DNA of 64,000 nt from Phoronis australis (taxonomy: Eukaryota > Animalia > Phoronida). The notes beneath the pieces were generated by a model. It made no database searches and had not been told where the DNA came from. It saw nothing but the letters and a program-made list of their open reading frames with translations. Below, piece by piece: positions 24,280-38,609 of this stretch (its first letter is position 1; every line of letters starts with the position of its first letter). Made by a program: the position numbers and the translations under genes. The DNA lies in contig NMRA01000132.1 of the NCBI GenBank assembly GCA_002633005.1, positions 372,001 through 436,000 on the forward strand, in the 5' to 3' direction.

Positions 24280-24934
24280 ATAAAAGCGGTTGAATTTGCA
24301 TTCGCTTTCTAGTCCGCGCCGTTCTTTGTACATTTTTTTTAGTTGATCGTGTCTCCGCGCAGTGCTGTACGAGTCGACCCATACCGATTCAAATAGAATA
24401 ATTATATAGTTCCGATCGTTTGCAGTAGGCTTAATCATGTAGAATGACAGTGATTCTGAGTCCGGTGCGCTTCTTCCACAATTCAGACACTACCAAAGCA
24501 ACGAACCGGCGATCACGAGTGGATGAGAAACTACTCAGATTGCGATCATTATGGTCTTTGTAATCTATTTCGGATAATTGCTCATTCGTTTTCATGTTGA
24601 AGCTGAGCTTTCAGTTAATATGGATATAAACGTGTCAGAGTTAACTTGCGTTCCTTTTTGTAACTAGCAGACAAAGCACGGATCCATTTAACAAATCTGA
24701 ATATATACTGTGTTCTAGTCATTGTTTATCACTTTCTTCCCTGCACTCGTTCCCACATCTATATTAGTTACGTTCTGCAAAATTTGTTTAATTGAGGAAG
24801 CACATTTTTAACCACTGTGACGAGTCTTAATAGTCGACAAGAACCCTCTGTGCCTCGGAAAAACAAGTCTTCAATATAAAGGTTTCAGTTACATGAATGG
24901 ACTCAGCAGGCTTGAATTTAAGCATACGTATTAA

Positions 24935-26623
24935 AGGAGAATGTCACCCGATTAAATTAGTCTTTTTTACCGTCTTAAATCGGTCGCCATCCACATCGCC
25001 TCTTATACGATCGACCTCACCTTGCCGAGAGGTGTCGCGTTAACCTGTGAGGAAGGTGGGAAACGACGCAGCGACGTCAGTGGTTCGTCTGCAGAGTGAA
25101 TGCCGCTATATTGCGGTGCATTGTTCCCGCTTGTCCGAACTATGAAGCCTGCGATGAATGCGGGTATATCGTTTTTTCGACTTTCTTGAAAGCCCAAAAT
25201 GCTTAGGAAGTGGCTCGCGGTATTGAAGAATGAAAGGTACGCTGTTAATAGCAAGTATGAGGCCGTGAAACATCTCCGTGTCTGTGGCCGCCATTTCGTC
25301 GACAGTAATTTCTCTGACGAATTCCGGCTTACCAAAGAACTATGCACACGTTCCGTAGCTTGTGCATGTTCACGGCGCCTCTCTAGTATTTCTTGGTCAG
25401 TGTCTTCCGGTTCAAACTGATAGCCTGTGAAACCTAACTATCCGACCCGTGAAGTCTTCGTCGGATGAGCTCTTGACTAAGTCGGTATTGGCGCCGGGCG
25501 AGTTGCCATGTAGACGTTTATTATTCTGCTGTTTCAAAATAATAAATTATTCTCATCCTAACCAATGCTTATATAAAACTGAAACAAAGTCCTTCTCATT
25601 AGATACAATTTGTAATGACTTTGCAGTATTCGTGAGTGCAAATGTTGAGAAGCCACCAATGAATAAACCACTGCGTTACCGGCTTTTGATGCCGGCAGTA
25701 AAGGCAATTGACCGGGCATCGAGGCCGTGTGAGCGGATGCTAATTCAGTGTTTCCTGACAGAAAGCTGCTGTGAAACAATTACTCGATTTTATATGCTAT
25801 GGTCACATGTTAGAGGAATCTTTATTTAGAAATACATTATTCAAATCATTTTTACTGTACAACCTTTGCCCTGACGGTCTGTGAAAGGGGAACCCGACTT
25901 CGCGGCTCCCGACAAGCAAATAGATTTGCAGTTTCGTGGCTAATTCACATAAATAATTACGTTCACATTATTTCTTTGGCTCACTGTTATAGTCTTTTTG
26001 TGACTGGAGGTTTAGTTTCCAACTCAAGCTGGTGTATGTTCGTGCCAGTCCCGGAGGCCGCGACGGGCCTGATCAGGTTCGGAGCCACTGGCCGGGATAA
26101 CGAGTCAGTCCGGCCGCGACGGGCCTGATCGGGTTCCGAGCCACTGGCCGCGATAACAAACGTTTTGTGTGTTTAGAACTCAAAAAATCACAAGTCTAAA
26201 CAACACAGATTTAGGTTCTCTTGTATGTATTTCACGGAAGAGTACTTCGAATTTATCTCCGAACAGATCCCAAACTCCTGCTACGGACCTTAAATTGGCC
26301 TGCCGAACTTAGTAGGCTACGGTGTGTCCAAATACAGTGAAATAAAACAACACGTTTTTATAAGAACTCGGTGTATTTTCAAGGGTTTTACATCGAAGTT
26401 TGATGATTTATTGGTGTTAAACAATGAATTCAAGCGATAAGCTGACACCAGTAACCCGTGTTGTGAACTGCTGAACAGACTGCGCGTGAAACCAATGACG
26501 TCATTGAATAATTCCAACACCTCCGTCTGCCGTCAGGTAACGCAACCCAACGCGCCGTTATCGACTAGAACTACTCAATCTAAATTGATACAAAATAGGT
26601 TGTTTTTGGGGTGGCATTCTCCT
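24935..26623 (+). mobile_element. Kolobok-type non-autonomous DNA transposon, copy 1, with decayed THAP ORF
   Basis: TTAA on both sides, TIR AGGAGAATG(T/C)CACCC, THAP remnant at 25108-25420 (lost ATG, +1 frameshift, stop), internal ~55-bp tandem pair at ~26056-26157. Confidence 0.85.
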
Positions 26624-27943
26624 TTAATAATGCCTTTGCCTTACTCTTTCGCTAGTATGTATTTGTTTCTCGTCGACAGATCGATTCTCTAGCTATGATG
26701 CCCATGCCGTCTTCTAAAAATTTAAGAAGAGATTTAGCTCACCAAATTGGGACAACATCGAAAAGGCACATTTTGAAGGTCCGCCAAATTCGGACACCAC
26801 AAAATTCTTGTAACGCGATATTCGGCCAAGAATGAATTTGTTCTATTGGAATTAATTTCGATTGTCTGTAAATCCCACGACTTTACAGTAGGTCATGTTG
26901 GGTATTTCTGCACTGTTGCAATCAGTATCCAGTGTAATTGGCCTCACATTGAATGAGCCCGTTACTCGCTGACAATGTTCAATTTCGGAAATCGTTGCCA
27001 AACCTCGAGAAGTGCAAAATTTGATTGATATTCCAATGATAGTCCCATTTGAAAACTATTCTTAACATACGTCATTGACATCCGTTTGGGAGGGCCCGTT
27101 GGGGAAATTTTCGGTACTTACGAGGCCATAAAATTATGAAGTAAGTTACTCAAACACTAACACGAATTATGTCTCGTATCTTCCGACACTATGATGAAAA
27201 TAGTTTTCATCCCGATTTATGATTCAATTCAGGACGTTGGAAACTAAAAAGAGTGCCGAAAATGATCTGTTGTGATTGTTTTGGCCAGTAGTCACGTGGG
27301 CCGTTGATTCTGTAGACGAGCAAATAAACCTGTGAAAAAATCGCCAGAACATGATGAAAAATATCATCATTAACCGGATACCCTCAATTCCGTGGCAGGG
27401 AAACCATGAAACAAGTTTGTGGCACAAATTTCATGACTTCCTTGTTTTGGACATGATCAGGAACTCATTGTCAACATAAACGTCCATACTTCTTGCTAAA
27501 CTTTTTTTGTTAAAATTACATTCTTTCATCGTTAAAGCTAATAAGATATTTACGAAATTGCCAACAATTTCCAACTCAACAGTTAAATTCATGAATTATA
27601 TATCATCTTTCCCCAATTTCTTTGAAATCAGAGGTTAAACCGAAGGTACGCTTACTTAAATTTGAGTGGTTAAGAATAAATCAAGGTAACAACAGGTACT
27701 TATTCGGTGGATCTTTTGAGATTAGGAAGGCTAGAAAATTTGCTTTGCATTCAGAAAGTCTTTCATGAGATGTAGAACTAGGTTTTTAACGATAACGCTT
27801 TTTAATAGGATAATAATCGACTTTTTTAACTGTTCTACATCCAAGGGGAGGAGTCTACAGCACATTCATGAATGGCAATGGCAACTTTATTTTATCAACA
27901 CTGAGTGTCAAAAAGAAACCCTACTTATATAACGTGGCATAGT

Positions 27944-28080
27944 CAGTGGCGGATTTAGGGGGCCATGACCCCCCGCTTTTAATTTGGCAGTTCGGGGGTG
28001 CCAATATATGACGGGCAAAATCTTAGCTAATACTCTGCCCTGGCCCCCTCTAACTCCAAATCTTCCTGGATCTGCCCCTG
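27944..28080. mobile_element. Short hAT-like MITE (CAGTGGCGGA/CAGGGGCGGA family)
   Basis: Imperfect TIRs, 5-bp TSD atagt. Confidence 0.75.
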
Positions 28081-28739
28081 ATAGTAGTGAGCGATTGTGG
28101 CGTTTGTCTTTGGATAACACAATGTTTTCATTAATTCTTAGAAAAACAGTCTTGAATTGGATTTCGCGTAACTCGTCGACACTTAAATTCTATTTAATTC
28201 AACATAATGCTATATCATTCACGTTTGATCACATCGTTATTATCTACACGTACAAGATATAATAAGCCAATAATAAGTCTGACTGGCACCAGCACGCGAC
28301 CCTGCTCATGCATATTTAGGCCTGTGTCTATTCAGACGATATAAGGACACGAAAGTTCACTAACAAAAACGAGTCGTTAGTAGAGAAATAATGGAGATAA
28401 ATTAATGACGTGTGTGACAACGTTGCTCAACGGTCGCCGTGTTCGCGCTGCCTTTGGTGTGATCGATCATACCGCGACCGTTGGCCGCTGCAGGCATTGC
28501 AGTAGTTTCAAACCATTAATTACATGTACATCAAAAAAACGGAAATCGTCGAGAAATTTCATATTAATGCGACGTTTCGTCAGGACATCATCAGGAATGA
28601 CTCGGCGTTTGTTATAAGGTCACGACCTCCGACCCCGGGCCTCTGACATAGCCTGAGAAAGTAGTTCCAAAGCCTGGGGGGGGGGTCGAGAGAGGCCGAT
28701 CGATTCATTGCAAAGTTTATGTTCAGTATGTGGTATAAA

Positions 28740-28879
28740 TAGATTATTGCATTTCTCATTCGTTATCCCCCTTGTCTAGAGTTCCGGTGGATTTTGGAAA
28801 ACTATCGCCCGAGAGGCTAACTCTCAAACATCCACGAGGGCTCTAGATTACGGGAGAGACTTCGCCATGTAATAATCTA
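28740..28879. repeat. Short palindromic MITE-like element
   Basis: TAGATTATTGCAT / ATGTAATAATCTA ends and inner TCTAGAG / CTCTAGA symmetry. Confidence 0.5.
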
Positions 28880-30831
28880 CATTTATTCTGTGTTTTGTAC
28901 AATCATACTTTGCACTTGATGAACCCAGCATTAAGGATATAAGTTGGCAACCTTGCCTTGCAAATAATGAATATTCAAAATACTATGTTGAATACCCTGG
29001 CTTCACAATCCACTTGTTACACAGGTACTGCAATACACATTTCTGATGGACTGTAATCATTTTGTCTTTCATATCATTCAGTATTATCATCTTGCATCTA
29101 AGTTCAGTCGTAGTCGATAGATGTTTTGTGATGAAGACACAATTTTGTACACTTGCTGAATAGCAGAATATTTACTTATGACTCGGTATCTATTAACCAA
29201 ATTATTTATAAATATCAAAATTTTGCAGTAAATTTACAAATGGAACGCACAGCCTATAATAAGTTCAATTTCGACTTGCACCAAACTGATCAGCCTTTGA
29301 GTCAACGGCATTTTTCTGCAGGTTGCGTCAATGATTCATAGTGGATTCAGATTTGACCTAGTCAGATTGTATGTTCTTGTTCGTTTGTATACCATCAGTC
29401 AAGTGTGGCCCGTTACTCAATAGTAGAAGACAGTGCCGCATAGAGCACACTCTTAGGGGTTGATGACCGATAACTGATTAGTTTCAGTCACCAGGTGGCG
29501 AGACCGTCTCGCCCAGGAGCAAGCTCACATAGAACTACCAAACAACATTTTTTGGAAAGCGACATTTCGAGAGTCCACTCAAAATAATTTCGACAGGGTA
29601 TTTACGATAGAGGGAAGCAGGATAAATAAGGCCCAGTTATGAAAAACAGTAATGGTCGCTTGGCTTTGTTTTTATGTCCGATATTACGGAATATTGTTTT
29701 TTCGTCCGAAAATATCACATGTGAAGAAAATCTGACTTGACGTAAATAAGACCCAGTGCAAACGGAGAGCTACGCTCCTCAAATGCAGATGATCGAGCTC
29801 AGCTCGTAGCTCACTTTAGTCTGCTGCAGAATGAACCGCAGACTGAGGACTTTGCCTCGCGGGTGAGGCGAATGTCTCGCTTGTGGGATTCTTCTACCTG
29901 ACGAGCGTAAACTCTCAGAGTCGCGTGCGAAGTGAGCTAACTGCGTGTACTACATTGACGCTGTTTATAACGAATGCAGTTTACAGGTTGGGGGAATTTT
30001 GCCTTGTTGTGTGTGTTTAACAATGGCGTGAAGCAGGGCACACAACTCAGCTCTATAGCTACCTGTACATGTATGCACTGGCCTTTAGATACGTTGTTGA
30101 CTGATCAAGTAACTGAGACAGTTCCGACCTTTCATTCAAGCTGTTAGTCCGACAAATCAAGTGCGCGGGAAACGATTAACCTAAACTCGTCTATCCTGTC
30201 CCACAAACATTCGTTTCTAACGAAGACAAAAAGATTTTTTTTCGGTGCAGATAAACCGAACATGGAAGAATCCTTGCTGTATGTGAACGAACTGTAGCCC
30301 GGATGTCAAGATCAGTTGACTATACGCCTGGTTTGCGGCGTCAGAATAACCAAGCGCATCATCATGAAATGGAATTTAACTTCTTAACATGTCGCAAATA
30401 TTTTCTTTTCTTTACAAGTATCTGATGTGAATTAGGCCAACAATCAAACGTGTTTCGATCTATCTGAAATTGTAGAGCTAAACTATGACAAAAATAGTGA
30501 GATTGAAACAGAAATAATGACCTGGTATAGAACATCATTAACTCCTTTGACAGAACTACAGTGTAATTAAGTTTCTCTTGTTTCATAACCTGGCTCATTT
30601 GCTCCTTGTTTTGCCATAGTCATACGGTAAACATCTTGCGCTAATTGATAGTGTAAAAAGAAATGAGGCGATACAAAACTTAACACGATGAGAAGGCTGT
30701 AAAGTGATTCATATCGGATATTTCATCAAATCTCTCACTAAACTTTCCTGTTTCCACAGACCTTTGTCAACCAATCATGTGGTCCATATATTTACATATT
30801 TTTATGGTGTTTTTACGATATGTGTTCACAG

Positions 30832-30947
30832 AAAATTTAGTTTGGTCTGGGGCCTTCGGTTACTATGTCCAAATTCGGGACATTGAGAAGGATGCCGATT
30901 TTCAACATCGGCCAATCTGGTATAGTAGCAATACAACTGTTAATACG
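30832..30947 (+). CDS. Candidate internal exon (ENLVWSGAFGYYVQIRDIEKDADFQHRPIWYSSNTTVNT)
   Basis: tgtgttcacag acceptor and ACG|gtaact donor; open in phase 1 to 0, compatible with the signal-peptide exon; N-glycosylation sequon NTT; no homology recognised. Confidence 0.35.
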
Positions 30948-33900
30948 GTAACTGGCTTTTATACGCACTGGTATATGAAAGGGTTACTTTTATTTATGGT
31001 TTGCCCGATTCAAAGCGGTTTTTATGTCTTGCCCATCATTTTGTAATATGTATGATTTCTCTCCAGTATTTACGATTTTTATGGACTTATGCGCACAATT
31101 TTCATTTTGACGAAGATCCCGACTAGCCAAGGGTTGTGTGGTAAATTGCAATATAGGTTTCATCTTCTTTTTCAAGCCTCATTCTTAAGAAAACACATAT
31201 TATGTCAAGCGGAACACTTCTGGCATATTTAACATGATACACTCTGCGAAAATACTGTTTAGGTGAGACAGATTTGAACTCGCGAGCTCAGCGGCCACAG
31301 TTCAACGCTTTACTTCCAGAGTTAAAACCCGTTCGATTAGTTGCTGACATTTCAATTTTAACTGGTTTAATCACCGGCCTCGAGTTCAGCTCCTTTCATG
31401 GCCGGGAAACCAACGGTGAGAAGCTGAGCGTATCCTTTCCCAGTTTCAGCTCTCAGAATTTGGTTCACATGAAATATGTACAGCAGCTGATTCAACAATT
31501 CTTTTTATGCTCCACACCGATTTCTTTAACACTTTTTCGAACGCCCACACGAAGACAGGAGTAATTGTGTTACCCGTCTGCAAAGCTGCAGCCTAAGGAT
31601 TTGAACCACTGCGCTATGTCGTTCTCCCAGCCGGGCTATATACATTTGGAGTAATGACCAGAAATGTTACATAAAATTGGATCTGGTCTGAGACCGCCTG
31701 AAACTTGCACCTCCCGACCCGTTTCAGCTGGCGTCAGGTGACTTTTTCTTTTTGAACACGTCGAGCGACTAAAAAATACCGCATTACAGTTTCAATTTTT
31801 AAAATAACCGTTACCAGAACAAATCATGGTATTTTCTTTAGTCTAAACTACCACAAATTAATCAATCTCAATCAATGAATGCAACGGTATGCATTATTTG
31901 CCATAATAACATTCGCGGGGTCTCAAAAGAGTTTTAATTCCCATTACGTTATTATACCTGCAGTCATTTCCCCCAATATCTGTTCATCTCCGTAATTAAT
32001 GGGCGCCTTTTTCCGCTGTAACTAGACGCTTCTGTACTCATCATGACTTGACGACCAGAGGGATTGGCGTGATTAATTTATAAATGAATGTGAGTGCTGA
32101 AAAGCTCATTACGAAATTGAAGTGACGCAGTAGGGTGCCGTCACAATGTCTCGAAAGACTTCAGAGGCAGCTTTCCGCAAACGCATGACACTGGCGATGA
32201 TACTGCAACGAAAATCCTGGTTCAGGGAGGAAAATAGCACGTATCCCATAATTCAACATGCCGGCCTCGCCCACCAATCACCTCAGTGGCAGGCATTTTA
32301 CTAGCGTACACAAGTAAGGCGTTCCCGAGCTCACGGGAGGGGGGAGAGGGAAGGGGAGAGGGTGTCATTGCATTTATGTATGAAGAGGGCTTACTGTGAA
32401 TAAAACCTGTTCTATTAAACTTCATCTTTTCAATCCAGCGGTTATGCGTTTTGTGTAACCGCGAACGGTACAGTGATAATCTGACGTTTTAAAATACCGG
32501 CCGCCTATAAGTGAGATAATGCATTTTCTGGAGACCTTTTTAAGTGTTACGTAATATGAGACAGTTCTTCGTGTATAATGCCAAGTCTTAGCATTTCTTG
32601 TTTTTTTCACATCTAGTAATGGTTTATGGAATTACATACTGTGGTTTTACGGAAAAACCTTCAGTCGTGCGAAATCTTTTCTCAGTCATATCGCCGCACG
32701 AATTATATTTCAACCATCATTTCAGGTGCTTTCCTACCCAAAATTTCATTATCTGTGCCCGTGACGATTTCTCGGACATCCTGAAATATAACTGACAGCT
32801 ACCTCAGGCCAAAAATTGGCCTTGAACGGTTTTTTGGAAACTGGAAACGATATTGGACGACTTTTGGGCAACTGCCTGGTCTGATAAATGAACAAAATGA
32901 AGTAAACCGTAAAATTTCGATAGATTTCAGAAATCATTCTAATCTTTTACATGGGATACACAGTAGTTGTTACCAGGATATCCCAGATTTCCCAGCTCGG
33001 GTCTGACCGCGAACATACTGTAATTGTTCTCTCTTAGACGCTACACCTTACGGGAGCATATTCCCTGGTCCCGCCCAAACGTTTTGCCTCGCACGGACAT
33101 ACACGGATTTCTTCACTCACACACGGAGTAACCTTGCCCCGCACATCATACCCTGCGAGGCGAAAAGTGAGGCGGAACCGTGGATTATGCGTCCGTGAGA
33201 AAATTTTTTTGAATGCTGTCAGGGTAATCTGGATACCCTGTACTTTGGAATCACATGCAGCGTGTAGCCTATAAGGTTTCACAAGATTTTTCTTCAATGT
33301 CCCGCATAAAGTCCCGTGCGCCTAAGCTCCGCAATTAGGCGCACTCAATTAGACACATGCGTTCAATTGCGCCGGTTTCACTGTAGAACAACTCTTTTTG
33401 ACAAATGGCGTCTTGGTCGTGTGCATTTCCAGGGTGCAAAATAAAGTATCGATAATGCTATCCTCATATCCATGTACTTCTCGAATTTCCAACTGATGTC
33501 ATTGTTGAGCTTAAATTTGCGTATTTTTATATCGTAGCACGTGAGACTTTCCATCACCGTAGCTAAAATATACTGACACAAATTATGTTGCTGTGACAAT
33601 TTTAGCCATTGGGACAATTTGGGTCTGCAGCGCTGATCCAAACTGCCATAATTTTGAAGTTGTGACAATTTGGGACGTTGTGACATTTTGGGCCTTCATA
33701 GCACGCCCCGTGTCTTTGGCGCACAAAAAATTTCAATGACCCACAGCCATTGTTCAATTCGGGCCAACGAGTGCACTGAATTGGTGTCAAAGCGACGCCC
33801 GATATCGTCTTTAATAGTACACATTTTATTCACATTTCAATACAACTACAATGCAGAGCAGCAGCTAGCGATATGTTGCCTAGCATATTTTTGAAAACAC

Positions 33901-35181
33901 AAATCTGGACTATGGATTTGGGTTTGCTTTTAAAGTGAAATGCAGTTACATTAGCCGTTTAGACCGATCACTAATCGCTTCCTAACGTACTAAGTTCATG
34001 TATGTGAGACGAAATCATATAATACACGTTAAAATGTCACCCCTCAAAAAGAATCGAAAATGGACAGAGAATACAAACTTGAACCAAAGGCCCTCCAAAT
34101 TGGCCATAGATTTGAGACTCTGGGAGGTCAGTTGACCCGCAGTCAGTTTTTTCAAAGATAATACCGGTAATGTTCGTTTTATTTTGCTGCTTGGCTGCCG
34201 GCGACGTCACGCTACACTTTCGGACTCAATAACAGGCTTTTTAATCCTTCAGGCCTATGGACCTTTATACATGGCCATTTGCCAGCCAAGACGCTTACAG
34301 ACCTACGGATTTGCGAACCTCCGGACTATTGAGCGAAAGCCTACTGACTTCGATCAGCGACAACGTTCAAAGTTAATAAAGTAAATCCTTTTTCGTGTTC
34401 TTAACGACGGCCTTCACGAATCAAGTTAAATGGTGCGCAAATTAAAATCGACGTTACGACTTCACATGCACAAATAAAATCGGTGATTATCCGACATAAT
34501 GCGCACGTGAGGTGCATGCTAGTGCGTGCCAATTAAATGAATTGTACTGCTTGGTGAAAAATAAGCTATGAGTGACAACGTCAAGTACATTCAGACATGA
34601 CAGTAGTAATTGTTGAACAATACGCAATAAACTGTGAAAAATTTTCAGCTAGACAATTATATAAGCAATAAATGGTAAATAGAAAACTTCAGTTTCGTAT
34701 AGTGGTGATTTATGAACAATGGACAACACAGTGAAGAGTATGTATGCACATACAATGAGGTAAGGCTTCCGTACCACGTGTATATATTAACTGTTTCACA
34801 ATTTTCTCCTGGCTTCTGCGTTCACAATAAACCTGATAATATATCACAAAATATTCATGTTGTTGGTTAGCAGTAGTCTTTCAAAATTTAAATGTTTAAC
34901 ATGACGTTCGATTGAAGAAATAGCGTTGTCTTAGATATGAAAATTTAGAGCAATCAAGCAGAATGTGTTTTTCAAGTTTCGTCTGCGTTCCATTCATCAT
35001 AACGACACCCAATATGCCTTCATTTTACATCATTCAAGTACATGCAAGCACCCAGGGGGGGGGGCTCGTTCCATTTGGCGAAGTGGGCAAAAAGGCCGCC
35101 TGCGAGACACAAAAAATCCTAGAAAACGAGACAAAAGTCCACTAAACAAGCGCAAACGCGCTATTCACAGTGGTGCTTCCG

Positions 35182-35590
35182 TTTTTTTATGCGCCCACAT
35201 ATTTATATGTGGACGCATTATGCCGTCATCTCTGTCCGTCCGTCCGTCCGTCCGTCCGTCCGGGCGGCGTCCGGTGTCCGGCGTCCGCTGCTTTGACTAA
35301 CGTTCGTGAAATTTGGCACATATGTTCCATTAATGAATGGGACGGCATGTGCGAACTTTCGGACGGATCCGACTACCGGTGTGCCCCCTAGTGGCAATTT
35401 TAGTTTTTTACGCTTACCTTTGTATCTTCAAAAGTCCTGAACGGATTTTCATGAAATTTGGTATGTAGGCACCTATTAGTGAGATGACGCTATCCTGCCG
35501 TTTTCAGATGGATTCGACATAGTTTGCGCCACCTAGTGGCCATTTTTAGTGTTTTCGAGTCTGTTTTTGTGCGTCCACNAGGCGTCCCAA
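35182..35590 (+). mobile_element. HINE-like element, 3'-truncated, closely similar to 21991 copy
   Basis: Near-identical head, (GTCC)n tract and first two repeat units; breaks at an N at 35579. Confidence 0.8.
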
Positions 35591-35919
35591 CGCTGATTGA
35601 TATAAAAAACGATAAAATGTCCAGTATGGAGTTTTGCAACATCAGTTGGTTTTGCAATTTGTTCACGTCCAAACTTTGAGATGATTATCTTCTCTTTCCA
35701 TTGTTGAATGTCCGTGTCTTTACAACGTTCCGTCGTCAACTCCATGATTCAGCCAAGCGGCACCAAAACCGTATTGAAATAGTACCGTAACTATTTCACA
35801 TTTTGAGCCCAGCATGTTTTGTTATAAACTGACATTTTATTCTGCACACCAAGTTTTAACATATCCAAGAGTAGACACTTGAAGAATTCTTAACCAATAT
35901 CTTATTTACAAAGGCATAT

Positions 35920-36150
35920 GGGGCCTGTTCCAACAAAACTCAATAAAACTGACTTAGCTAAGACAAACCTTAAATTGAATAAATGTCAAGATAAAAATTA
36001 AATTTGTCTCAAAACCCTTTCAAGAAAGAGATGTTAAGTTTGATTTAATTTTTTTCATTTATGTTTTGTCTTAAGGGGCTTGGAAGTTTCAAAGTTTGGA
36101 AGTTAAGACAAATCTTAGACTTAGATAAAAAAATTCTTGGAACGGGCCAC
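35920..36150. mobile_element. Harbinger-like MITE
   Basis: Imperfect TIR GGGGCCTGTTCCAA / TTGGAACGGGCCAC with AT-rich, partly palindromic interior; superfamily inferred from termini only. Confidence 0.45.
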
Positions 36151-36947
36151 AAGACTTTAACCTTTGACCTTCCTCGTTATCCTTTGGCAACAGCAGCATT
36201 TGAAACATTTAAACCAAAGTATTTACAAAATATACTGTGCATAGAATCGACGTTTTCTTTCGTGGAAACTCCGCACACCTGAGCCGAGTATCTTAGCATA
36301 CCGTCTGTGGCGTAGTTGTGAACTTCATTATGTATGTAATGTGATAGCGTTCATAGTGACGTAAAGTACCCGGTTTCTAAAGACAGAGATTTTGTTTTCG
36401 ACATATTCATTTGCAATTGCCATTACCCACTTTAGTTTATTAACCTTATTTTCATACCACCTGCAGACACAAACAAATTTAGCACTCATCAATTCTTATT
36501 CGAAGTTATTTACAAACAGAGAAAACTCCCTTCGTAGAATTGAAAATGTAATTTATACACCCCGTTTTTTGTCATCGAGACACACATGTTTACATCGTGT
36601 AGATACTTTTGAAAATGTACACGATCAAACGCCTTTTGAAAACCGAAAAACAGACTAAAACACGACCTCTTTTTAATTGAAGTATTTTGAAACAACATAT
36701 TTCAATATAATACAAACAGAATGTTTATTGTTGAGAAGCCTTTGCGGAAAGCTCTTTGGGTTTTACAAATTACGCAATTCTCCTGTACCCACATATTCAA
36801 GCGATCGTATTTTATACGGGCAAAACTTTCCTTAGCTACCTGAAACGTCGTGCGTGAGAGCGCAATACCTACTGATTAACAAGTGTTTATTATCAGATTT
36901 TAAAGCGGGGATATTTATACCAAGATTCCACTGAGAGGGGCAGTCAG

Positions 36948-37234
36948 CAGGGGCGGATCCAGAATTTTGAGTTAGGGGGGCCAGGGCATGGGAATAACCA
37001 GAATCTCGACAGATGCGCGCGCCCAGCCTAAAATGTGGGGACGCAGAGGCCTCGAATGTTTGGGGTTGCGGACCTGTTGACTGAAAAAAGGGGTTTGTTC
37101 AGCTTGTTCAGGGCCTATGCGTTGTTTATGCATCCCCGGCGAGCCCTTGATTGCGCGTACCCGTACTCCCAAATGGAATCTGGTAGAATTTTAGGGGGGG
37201 CATGCCCCCCTTGGCCCCCCTAAATCCGCCACTG
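36948..37234. mobile_element. hAT-like MITE, longer variant of the same family
   Basis: TIRs CAGGGGCGGATC / AATCCGCCACTG, 5-bp TSD gtcag. Confidence 0.8.
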
Positions 37235-38037
37235 GTCAGAAGTGTCCAAAATATTATTGTACTTGTCTACTAACAGCAAGACAAGTGCGGGTGCTTCACA
37301 TTTTAAAAAATCTAGCGAGGCATAACTGCATGCTTGTTGCTTTACCAAGCTTTTTCTGATTCTTGGGGGTTTCCACATATCGAAAAGTTCAGTCACCTAG
37401 AAACATGTAGTGATAATTTGTGAACAATAAATCAATAAATAGTAAACGTGGAAGACGAACGAGAGGAAACGACACGCCGTGACAAGTCAACTTGTAGAGT
37501 CTGGTGTTGTGTCCAAACTACAATGGTTCTTCATGTTTGGAACACGCGCGCTTTCACGTTTGCGTTGTTAAAATTGATGCTAAAACGAGGCATTGTGTCC
37601 TAAACAACAGTGCACAACAATCATTTTTGTAGCGCCACCAAAGTATGCAAGTAAGGATTTTTTAATTTTTAATTTTTGTTTGATAATTTTTAAAATTCAC
37701 ATGTCCGCCACATTGCGTGCCAAATAGGTGAAGCATTACCGTGAACATCGTTTTGAGATGAAATCGAAAATTTCAAGATTGAATAAACTAAATTAACGGC
37801 AGTAATAGCCCAATCCTCTCTGTGGAGAAATTAGTGAACTGCATTCGGTGGGTGGTGTTCCCGATACGTTTGATTAAGAATGTCTAACTCGGGCTATTAA
37901 AGGAACGTAATGGTTTTACGACCGAAAAACGCATTGGTGTTGTTGTTGGATAGAATAGACTTTTTCGGGTTATTAGCTATAAAACAACAAAATGTGTAGC
38001 ATTTTGTGATTTTATCACAAATATCCAATCCTTACAG

Positions 38038-38070
38038 TTGTCTGTCAGCCATTTGCTGATATCAAGTCCG
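38038..38070 (+). CDS. Candidate 33-nt frame-preserving micro-exon (phase 1 reading VVCQPFADIKS)
   Basis: ccttacag acceptor and CCG|GTGAGT donor 33 nt apart; open in phases 0 and 1. Confidence 0.25.
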
Positions 38071-38609
38071 GTGAGTTTACCTTTAAATATTATGCTTCAA
38101 TTGACATTAAACTCGTGCTTTCTGTCAAAACATTTTTGATTTGGGCTGCTTATCGTCGTGGAAATTAGTCTCAAATTGCTCGTTAATAAAAATACGTGTA
38201 ATTTCTTGGCTTGGAAAGTACTGGTGGTTTGTTGTTTCAGATCAACTTTGTTAAATATCAGAATTTCTTCAGATCACGGCATGACCTGAAATTCTATTGA
38301 ACTTGATAAGAAGAAATAACGAGATGTCACTTCTTCCGCAGCCCGGTGATTACTTCTAAATTCAGTAAAGAAAAAAGCAAGGGTAATTACGTAACGTTAA
38401 AGCGCCTAAATTAAAACTTGTTTTTTAAATAAAGCGCGGGTTTAATATCGCTTTCAAATGCTCTGCCATTTATCGAATGGGGTTCAGGTCCTCTAGCAAA
38501 GCGTTGGACTGCGGCGGGTTGCGCGTCGGGACTGGTCTAATTTTTTTGAAATCGGCCTCATCGCGGAAGTGAGCCTACAGTCTTAACACAATGCTGGCGG
38601 AGCTAAGGT

